Below, in pieces: positions 57,446 through 63,878 of a DNA stretch of 63,878 bases; position 1 is the first letter of the stretch, and every line of letters begins with the position of its first letter. The stretch is taken from positions 10,060-73,937 of the forward strand of contig DJRQ01000038.1 in assembly GCA_002440125.1 (NCBI GenBank), given 5' to 3'. The DNA is from Bacillales bacterium UBA6356 (GTDB lineage: Bacteria; Bacillota_I; Bacilli_A; RFN20; CAG-826). Under the pieces are notes generated by a model. The model did no database searches. It saw only the letters and a list, made by a program, of their open reading frames with translations, and was not told the origin of the DNA. Both the position numbers and the translations under genes were made by a program.

Positions 57446-58063
57446 AACTGAAACCTCCATCTCAAGGAAAAGCGAAGATATGCCTTTCGTGAGACATTCT
57501 AGTTTCTATTACTAGATAGTCAAGCATAGAAAACTTTATTGCCTCAATTAAGCCTCATATCCCTAGCATAAAACGCTTGGAGGTTTTGGAAAGGGAAGAT
57601 GGGATCGTCTTCTTTTATCCATCATTGGGAAGCGTCCCGAATCGAGGAATGGGAAATGGGAATAAAAAGATCCTTAATAAATTCATAAGAAACACGCATA
57701 ACGGCAGAGTCAAAGGGATGGCGATATGGACGTTTTTCTGAACCGTTTTCGCCATGATGCCCTTCTTTCCGCTACGCAGTGACTTTGCTTAGGATGCTGG
57801 AGAAGAAGGTTTTCAAGGGCGTGTTTTACTCATACGAGCCAATCGATGTGAAATGCAAAATCAAAGAGTCATAGCGCTAGATTTTCGCCCTAAATTCCAA
57901 AATTAGGATTCTTTTCCTTCGCTAAAAAAGCCTTAGCCTTATAGGATGCTTTGTTTCTTAAATCCACCTGAAGACGTTTTTGTGATATTAGCCATGAAAT
58001 AGGGCAAAAAAGAGGGTTTATGATGAAAATAGCTTTTCGATTCTTTCTGAGAAATGAATGAAA

Positions 58064-58111
58064 TAATCTTCCAAAAAATCAATTAATCTTCCAAATGATT
58101 CTGGAAGAATA
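58064..58111. repeat. Repeat cluster downstream of the AlbA_2 gene
   Basis: TAATCTTCCA at 58064-58073 and 58084-58093 (20-bp phase), plus inverted TGGAAGAATA at 58102-58111, which is the exact reverse complement of the upstream 10-mer. Confidence 0.85.
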
Positions 58112-58128
58112 GGGAAAATAGATTCGTT

Positions 58129-59559
58129 TTATTCTCCATTATCCGAAATAAAATAACGTTTCCCTTTGGTCTTTTTTCCGTTCGTTTTGACAAGATTTGT
58201 CAGCAACAATTCCGTAACAATCGTGGATGTGGACGATTTTTTCATTCCGATTTGTTTGGAGAGCTCTTCGGTGGAGGCCCCCTCCGGATGAGCATTCAAA
58301 TAAGAAAGAATTTCCATTTTTTCTGTATAATGCGGCGTTTTTTGATTTAACTGAGCGAAATGAATAATGAGTGTGGTTCTTTTGGGATTGCTTTCAACTG
58401 CAAGAATAGGTTTTAAAAAACCATAAGAGCGGCACATCTCAAAAATGCTAGGTATGCCCGATCCAGCTCTATCAGAAACCTGAAGGAGCCTGAAATAATT
58501 CATTATGTTTTTATTGAGAGGATTGGTTACTCCACCTTCAATAGCTTGCTTGATGCCAACAGGAATATCTCCAGAATTAATGAAGGCAACATTATCGTAT
58601 GTTCTTTTGATAACGATTCCAGGGAGCGAAGAGAAATCGCAATTCGTTATGGCGTTGACCATGCCTTCAATAACAGAGCGTTTCACATCCTTTCCGTTCA
58701 TGTTGGCGACACCATCTTTTGCATTAAAAGGCTTTGGTAATCTTTGAATGAGATTCGAACTTACTAAGCGAAAAAAGTTAAACAAATTAGCATTAAAGGA
58801 ATAATCGTCCGATGCAATTCTGTTATCCCATCTCGTTTTTCCAGAAAAATTCTCTTGATAATCTAGAAAATAATTCGGACAAATTTGGGAAATGTCACTT
58901 TGCTGTCCAAAGAAGAGGACAGCACCATTTTTGAGAACTTCTTTCCCGTTCGCCTTTGTCAAAGCGCCAATCCGATAGAGAAAATCATGGTCGTTTAAAT
59001 CCCGAAAAGAGTTATTGGGATTTGCTTCATTGACTTCTTTACGGAACTCTCCCAAGGATTCTTTATCAATATTTGTTTCATCTAAATCAAGATAATTCGG
59101 AAGCACATCAAACCCCGTTCCTTTTTTTCTTAAAAGAAGCGATGCGATCTCATCTTCTGACATTAAAAAGTCGCCATCGCCAATTCTTTGATACGACTTC
59201 GATAAATTTCCATCAATATAAACGGGTTTGGCCCCAAGAGGAGCCTCTTTCACGACAAAACGAATGATTTTCTTTCCGTTAACATCAATAATTTGCACAT
59301 CTTCATCGGAAATGGAACAGTAACTGGTTTTTTTTGAATGGAGGGTGGAAATAAGGGCTTTCTTTTGCTCTTCTGGATTTGAAATGCCGACTATTGTGTT
59401 TAATTTTCCTTCCTTTATGCCCAAGTAAATGGTACCTCCCTCCGTATTAGAAAAGGAAGAATACGTATCGTAAAGACTATCTGGAATCTTTTTCCCTGAT
59501 TCTTTTAATTCTATTCGGAGACCTTCTTTTAAGGTTCTTAAATAATTCTCGTTTTCCAT
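58129..59559 (-). CDS. AlbA_2 (Schlafen-like) domain / HATPase_c_4 / C-terminal wHTH putative DNA-binding regulator (often mis-annotated as RecG-like)
   Basis: LRIELKESGKKIPDSLYDTYSSFSNTEGGTIYLGIKEG is an AlbA_2 core. C-terminal ILSYLNAHPEGASTEELSKQIGMKKSSTSTIVTELLLTNLV is a wHTH. Start moved to ATG 59559; the TTG at 59610 in the track lies in the predicted -35 box. Confidence 0.8.
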   Translation of the reverse strand: MENENYLRTLKEGLRIELKESGKKIPDSLYDTYSSFSNTEGGTIYLGIKEGKLNTIVGISNPEEQKKALISTLHSKKTSYCSISDEDVQIIDVNGKKIIRFVVKEAPLGAKPVYIDGNLSKSYQRIGDGDFLMSEDEIASLLLRKKGTGFDVLPNYLDLDETNIDKESLGEFRKEVNEANPNNSFRDLNDHDFLYRIGALTKANGKEVLKNGAVLFFGQQSDISQICPNYFLDYQENFSGKTRWDNRIASDDYSFNANLFNFFRLVSSNLIQRLPKPFNAKDGVANMNGKDVKRSVIEGMVNAITNCDFSSLPGIVIKRTYDNVAFINSGDIPVGIKQAIEGGVTNPLNKNIMNYFRLLQVSDRAGSGIPSIFEMCRSYGFLKPILAVESNPKRTTLIIHFAQLNQKTPHYTEKMEILSYLNAHPEGASTEELSKQIGMKKSSTSTIVTELLLTNLVKTNGKKTKGKRYFISDNGE

Positions 59560-59582
59560 ATAAAGCCATCCTGCATATAAAA

Positions 59583-59610
59583 AGTATAATGTATTCTTCC
59601 AAGATTGCAA
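59583..59610 (-). promoter_or_regulatory. Candidate promoter of the AlbA_2 gene, overlapped by one repeat copy
   Basis: Minus strand: TTGCAA (59610-59605), 16-nt spacer containing TGGAAGAATA, then TATACT (59588-59583). Confidence 0.4.
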
Positions 59611-59674
59611 TTATTCTTCCATTTTCTTTAATATTCTTCCAAGGAAAAAATTATTCTTCCAAAGTATTCTGGAA
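59592..59674. repeat. Four exact copies of TATTCTTCCA phased at exactly 20 bp, plus a variant
   Basis: Copies at 59592-59601, 59612-59621, 59632-59641 and 59652-59661; variant TATTCTGGAA at 59665-59674. Confidence 0.9.
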
Positions 59675-59854
59675 AATTAAGAAAACACAAAAAATAAGTG
59701 TCATCTGAAAAATCTCCTTAGCGAAAGCAGCTCGCTTTGGAAAGAGGTAAGGCCAGAGGCTTAAGACAGCGCTTCCTTCCATCGCTCTTCTTAACGCGCT
59801 TATCAAACAAGGCTTGGGATTGGCACTATTGAAGGGCGTTCCCCCGATTATTCG

Positions 59855-60067
59855 TCATCTAATGCAATGGAAGTTAAGAAATGCGATAAGTGCAATTTTT
59901 TGCGTTTTTGCACTTATAAATGATATAGCGAAGCCAGCGGTGTTCTGCGTATTCGGTTGAGAATTGAAGATCATCCACAAAAATATATTGATTGGATGGG
60001 GTGTGCCCTCGTAGAACTCATCCAGAGCCAAACCATACGGGAGACCGCCATAAGAAACAATCTCCAT
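59855..60067 (-). pseudogene. Possible remnant of a second AlbA_2/HATPase_c_4-type gene
   Basis: The 70-aa ORF starts EIVSYGGLPYGLALDEFYEG, resembling the GGLP-x-G...E-x-x-x-G segment of this family, then degenerates. No SD and no upstream domain. Confidence 0.25.
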
Positions 60068-60220
60068 CCTATCGCTGTAGGTGTACGAGGCGAATAGATA
60101 GTTGCAATATGTGTTTTGAAGCCACTATTTTTCATCGACATATCAAGGCTTGTAACAAGGCAAAATGCATGTTAAAGCAAATTGTGCTCATCCTTTCGGC
60201 TTTTAATGAATTGAACCGCT

Positions 60221-61861
60221 TTATTTTTTAGACCAAGTAAAGCCGAACAGCGCTTGGCCGTCCCCACCGAGTTCCACCACTTCATGCTCGATGATAATTT
60301 TTTGTATTTCGATACAAAATACATTGATTCTGTCTATGGCGATAAAGATCTGCTTTTCAGCTTTGTTATAAAGCTTGAATAATCCTTCAACCGGTTCATC
60401 CCATATGTTCTTAAACAGCATAGAATCATTGATGATAAATGGAAGGGGGGTCAAATCCAGGATGGCAAGGTCAAACAAAATCAGGCTTTTATATTCCGTT
60501 CCCGTGCCTTTGTCGTTTGGAGTTTTATAGCTGTAATGGCTAAAATCAGCAAGCTTCAAAGAGGGTGGCATCCTCTTCTCTAGGTAAATGCAATCGTTCA
60601 ATTCATTCAGTTTAGCGTTTATTGCATTTTCCATTTCAAGCAAAACATATCCGTAATCATCGTTCATTTGCCGGCTAATATTGCCGGCTTTTTCCTTCAT
60701 GCTTTTCACTTTTTCGAACAAAGAAATCTGACTTTCGAGTGTTTGGATTTCGTTCTTCTTTTTATAAAGAGTATCCAAGAATGTTTTCGGGATTCTCGGA
60801 GAGACGTTGTTTTTCAACAGTTCGGCATTGATTTCATCTATTCTCTTTTGGATTTCGTTTATTTTGTAAGAAAGTTCTTCTTTTTGCGCATTTACTTCTT
60901 GATTGACGGTTTTACTCAGCTGCTTTTGGAATTCGTTCATTTCCAAAATCGGTTTCAAATCAATTTCAGGAAATAATGTGACAAGTTTTTGCCTATCCTC
61001 TTCGTCCATGAGCAAGGAATCCCCCGTCATTTCTTGCAACGTTTTAAGCTGGATAGATAACGATTTTTTCTCTCTATAAAGATAGATTTGCTCCGATTTG
61101 AGATCGATGTCCCTTTGGGAAATGGTTTCATCTATCGATATAGACGCTCGATTCTGTTCGTTTACCATCTTCTCGACTTCATCTTGCAGTCTCTTAATCT
61201 CTTGTTTTGCCTCCTCCAACGCTGAAAACGTCTTGATGGGAGAATAAACGATGTTGTATTTCTGCGCCTCGTCCATTGCTTTCTTGGCTTTCTTCGCTTC
61301 CGCGACTTTTTGAATCGATTCTTCGACGATGCTTGTTTTTCCGAACAAATCGATCAAAACGCTGATGCCATTTTCATCTGTCGCATCGTTTGCGTAAGTC
61401 TTCAGCGGTTTATTGACATCATAATTGTTCTTCCCATGAACCCTGGAAAAGGCGTCCACCAAAGCTCGGAACGTCTTTTTTGTGGACGTTCCGAAATATT
61501 TTTCCTTTAGGAACGCACATAGTTCACCAATTGGCTTTTTGTCACTGATTTTGCCGTATGAACTGTCGCAATCATAAAAATGTCCGAAATCAGCTGTGTC
61601 CCTACAAAAATGATATTCAATGTTATCGAATTCGAATGTAAAGCAAATGACATGGTCTCCTATGTTTTGCCTCACGTCAGAATCTTTGACACAATAGGCG
61701 TTCCCGCCAAAGCAAAAGTCAACAATGAGCAACAAGCTAGATTTGCCGATGGAATTCAAGGCATCGTTTGCGCCGACCACACAATTCAGCCCGTTTAGAA
61801 AATGAATGGTTTTGTTCGGAATATGATCCGAAAACTTTTCACATTTGATTTCTTTTAGCAT
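60221..61861 (-). CDS. Coiled-coil ABC/SMC-like ATPase (DUF2326-like; candidate ABC-3C / Lamassu-type ATPase subunit)
   Basis: 546 aa. N-terminal head FLNGLNCVVGANDALNSIGKSSLLLIVDFCFGG (P-loop GKS with an insertion). About 200 aa of heptad-rich E/K/Q sequence (residues ~185-400). C-terminal head GTGTEYKSLILFDLAILDLTPLPFIINDSMLFKNI (Walker-B-like hhhhND). Its ATG overlaps the upstream stop by 7 nt. Confidence 0.7.
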   Translation of the reverse strand: MLKEIKCEKFSDHIPNKTIHFLNGLNCVVGANDALNSIGKSSLLLIVDFCFGGNAYCVKDSDVRQNIGDHVICFTFEFDNIEYHFCRDTADFGHFYDCDSSYGKISDKKPIGELCAFLKEKYFGTSTKKTFRALVDAFSRVHGKNNYDVNKPLKTYANDATDENGISVLIDLFGKTSIVEESIQKVAEAKKAKKAMDEAQKYNIVYSPIKTFSALEEAKQEIKRLQDEVEKMVNEQNRASISIDETISQRDIDLKSEQIYLYREKKSLSIQLKTLQEMTGDSLLMDEEDRQKLVTLFPEIDLKPILEMNEFQKQLSKTVNQEVNAQKEELSYKINEIQKRIDEINAELLKNNVSPRIPKTFLDTLYKKKNEIQTLESQISLFEKVKSMKEKAGNISRQMNDDYGYVLLEMENAINAKLNELNDCIYLEKRMPPSLKLADFSHYSYKTPNDKGTGTEYKSLILFDLAILDLTPLPFIINDSMLFKNIWDEPVEGLFKLYNKAEKQIFIAIDRINVFCIEIQKIIIEHEVVELGGDGQALFGFTWSKK

Positions 61862-62070
61862 TTTCTAATCCTCCCATCTTTGAGTAATTCCACCTTTTGA
61901 ATTGCGAATAAAGCGCTCATGCCATCAAGAAATTCTTTTGCGTTCATCTTCGAAGAAACCTTAATGTAAATTTCGGTCGGAAACATATCATTGTTGATAG
62001 CATTCAAAATTTCGGCCATGTGATAGATGACTGTTGTTTTGTATCGATTTACCTTATTTGGAAATTTCAT
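61855..62070 (-). CDS. 71-aa protein, candidate middle/adaptor component of the cassette
   Basis: MKFPNKVNRYKTTVIYHMAEILNAINNDMF... It overlaps the upstream gene by 17 nt and the downstream ATPase gene by 7 nt. Size and position match ABC-3C middle components. Confidence 0.55.
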   Translation of the reverse strand: MKFPNKVNRYKTTVIYHMAEILNAINNDMFPTEIYIKVSSKMNAKEFLDGMSALFAIQKVELLKDGRIRKC

Positions 62071-63175
62071 GGAACACCTCGCAGCTTTGAACGAAATAGG
62101 AAACGATGATTTCCGCTATTGATTGTTCGCAGCTTGCAGCTCTGGATACTTGATTAACAAGGCAATTGAAAATGGCCTCTCTATTATCGGAAACTTTCTC
62201 CGCTTTCAAAAAAGCGATTTTAATCGACGCAGAGAGAAACTCATACGATCGTTTATCTTCCCCGTCTAATTCTCCAAAAGTGTCATAAAGCGTGGAAAAG
62301 TAAGAAGACACGTTCATTTTGATTTTAGCATAAAGAGCAAAGTCCCCCTTTTTATCGATTTTTTGGCTTATCTTGAGGCTCTTCATGCTCAGTTTAACTT
62401 TTGTGTCATTTCTTTGCCTCAATAGACAATCGATCGCCGCCATAAGCTTTTCATTGATTTCGATGGAACCGGTTTGCTTTCGGAGATTATTCTTTTCCTC
62501 AAATGACTTTTTAATCTTCGCCAAATCCTTGCCTAATGAACCATTTCTGCACTTTTCGGCACATTTTCTGCAAAGCCCTATTGATTTTGTGACGCCGCAT
62601 GGCGATGAGCCATCTACTCCGATTGCAACGATCGCATTCTCTTTAGAGGAATCCATATCGAGCGGGCGAGCACAGGTCGGACAAATACCGGCATCTTCCT
62701 GGAAAAGTTCAGAGCGCAGCGTGGCTGTCCCTTCCAGTTGAGCACTCCGAAACAAAGCGGAATTGTCCAAAATTATCTTCCGCAACAAATTAGAAACTTC
62801 CTCGGCAAAATTTTCTTTTGTGACGTTCCCGTCATAGCAACCAAAAGTGCTCACGAAGTCATCCAAAGCATAGCCTTGGATTTGGGTCTTTAAAACCTCA
62901 ATCAAATCCGACATATCCAAAAAGGGATATATCTTTTCCGCCACTTTTGAAATCGAATACACCCCGTTGCAAAGGTTCCTTTTTTGCTTCGCCGACATAT
63001 GGGCAATTTCTTCCCTCAGACCCTCATTCTCCGATGTGATCGAGTTCAAAATCAGCAAATCAAAAAGTACTTCCTTGCTTTTGCATATCCCTTTTAAGAA
63101 TGGGTGAATCAACCTGCACAAGTCTGAAAATGTCATTATTTGAAACTTCCCCGAACTTCCCTCGACTTCCTTCAC
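62054..63175 (-). CDS. 373-aa protein of unknown function with a central Cys cluster; candidate effector/sensor component
   Basis: GTG start at 63175; alternative ATG at 63136 (MTFSDLCRL...) preceded by GGGGAAG. Cys cluster C165/C168/C193/C202/C205/C209 (62549-62683). Helical C-terminal region ending IVSYFVQSCEVFHEISK. Confidence 0.65.
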   Translation of the reverse strand: MKEVEGSSGKFQIMTFSDLCRLIHPFLKGICKSKEVLFDLLILNSITSENEGLREEIAHMSAKQKRNLCNGVYSISKVAEKIYPFLDMSDLIEVLKTQIQGYALDDFVSTFGCYDGNVTKENFAEEVSNLLRKIILDNSALFRSAQLEGTATLRSELFQEDAGICPTCARPLDMDSSKENAIVAIGVDGSSPCGVTKSIGLCRKCAEKCRNGSLGKDLAKIKKSFEEKNNLRKQTGSIEINEKLMAAIDCLLRQRNDTKVKLSMKSLKISQKIDKKGDFALYAKIKMNVSSYFSTLYDTFGELDGEDKRSYEFLSASIKIAFLKAEKVSDNREAIFNCLVNQVSRAASCEQSIAEIIVSYFVQSCEVFHEISK

Positions 63176-63292
63176 TACCCTAGGGAAAAGGCCCGATTTT
63201 GTAATCTATCTCCTGACCACGAGTAATTTCGGTAATCGATGACAATATTGTACCAAAAGAATCGTGGCGCCCATACCTTTAGGAGATATTGA

Positions 63293-63878
63293 ATGAAAAA
63301 AATTATCATTGACGATGGCTTCCAGGACTACTTGGCGGAAGGAGCCAAATTTGAAGGGAAAGATGGCATCCCTTGCCTATTGAATCAAAAACATGCCATC
63401 CCAACATCCCTTATTCCATTTGATAAAGCGAGAGCTGCTAAAGAGAAGCATGGGTATCTGCATTTCTATATCCATGACTGCAAGTACGGCGACTTTTTAA
63501 CGAACACACGGAAATACGATGGGATAGTTTCGCAATACGACGGAATCATCACCCCAGACCCAACCATCACCATTGGAATGCCCCATTGCATACAAGCAAC
63601 TTCGACTTATATGAATCGGGCCATCGGCTATTACGAACAATGCAGAGGCATTTCCGTGATTCCGAACGTTCGATGGGGCGACTCTACGACATTTGACTTT
63701 TGCTTTCTTGGCATTCCAAAGCAATCCGTTGTCGCTATAAGCACACACGGCGCCATTGCCAAGGATAAGTCCAACCAAAATCTCCTCAGGCGAATCTTCA
63801 AAGATGGTTTAAGGAAAATGCTTGAGGTTCTAGAGCCGACGGATGTCTTGGTTTATGGCCGTATGCCATCAGATATTT
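63293..63878 (+). CDS. DUF4417-like protein (partial; 3' end beyond the right window edge)
   Basis: Not in the ORF track because it has no stop. SD AGGAGA then ATG 63293. Translation: MKKIIIDDGFQDYLAEGAKFEGKDGIPCLLNQKHAIPTSLIPFDKARAAKEKHGYLHFYIHDCKYGDFL...GIITPDPTITIGMPHCIQATSTYMNRAIGYYEQCRGISVIPNVRWGDSTTFDFCFLGIPKQSVVAIST..., which matches my recollection of the DUF4417 pattern. Confidence 0.65.
   Translation, partial: MKKIIIDDGFQDYLAEGAKFEGKDGIPCLLNQKHAIPTSLIPFDKARAAKEKHGYLHFYIHDCKYGDFLTNTRKYDGIVSQYDGIITPDPTITIGMPHCIQATSTYMNRAIGYYEQCRGISVIPNVRWGDSTTFDFCFLGIPKQSVVAISTHGAIAKDKSNQNLLRRIFKDGLRKMLEVLEPTDVLVYGRMPSDI

Larger units (their letters stand above)
57446..63878. other. Putative accessory / defence-type island (right boundary beyond the window)
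   Basis: About 680 bp ORF-free stretch, then a repeat-bracketed AlbA_2 gene, a gene fragment, a three-gene ABC ATPase cassette and a DUF4417-like gene. Looks more AT-rich than the flanking housekeeping genes by eye (not computed). No integrase seen. Confidence 0.4.

Noticed and set aside
57446-58128. The ORF-free 680 bp was considered as a possible ncRNA gene or integrase remnant.
   Set aside because: I could not find tmRNA, RNase P, SRP or 6S hallmarks, or a convincing stem architecture by eye. Translations show only short, stop-riddled fragments with no recognisable family. An Infernal/BLASTX search is needed.

Overview
63.9-kb chromosomal segment from a low/mid-GC bacterium that uses the standard code (TGA is a stop, e.g. 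14477-14479). It looks Firmicutes/Mollicutes-like: many lipobox proteins and an oversized PotD. The lineage cannot be fixed from sequence alone. All product names come from motifs I read in the translations; no database search was run.

Most of the window is housekeeping and metal homeostasis: purB-purA, a DtxR/MntR-type regulator divergent from feoA-feoA-feoB, a ZIP transporter, an orphan HMA protein, a heterodimeric ABC exporter pair, a tyrosine phosphatase, a secreted endonuclease-I lipoprotein, a CotH-like lipoprotein, a phosphofructokinase, potABCD, a MacB-type ABC pair, pepC, pepT, an Mrp/NBP35 ATPase, csoR-copA with a recognisable operator, adenosine deaminase and a DegV protein. There are four single tRNA genes (Pro-UGG, Arg-ACG, Cys-GCA, Gln-CUG). 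I saw no rRNA, CRISPR array, transposase or integrase.

Accessory content:
1. A giant SF1 helicase/REase-like fusion gene at the left edge. It is missing from the ORF track because it runs off the window.
2. A translationally coupled two-gene operon of unknown secreted proteins, with a G9 tract in codons 17-19 of the first gene (candidate phase-variation switch).
3. Three tightly packed large lipoprotein genes.
4. A region of about 6.4 kb at the right end that appears more AT-rich by eye. It contains an AlbA_2/Schlafen-type regulator gene bracketed by 10-mer repeats phased at exactly 20 bp, a pseudogene fragment, and a DUF4417-like gene truncated by the window edge.

The best candidate for a poorly described system also lies in that right-end region. 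It is a three-gene overlapping cassette (373-aa unknown protein, 71-aa small protein, 546-aa coiled-coil ABC ATPase) whose architecture matches ABC-3C / Lamassu-like immunity modules, but whose putative effector has no recognisable catalytic domain.
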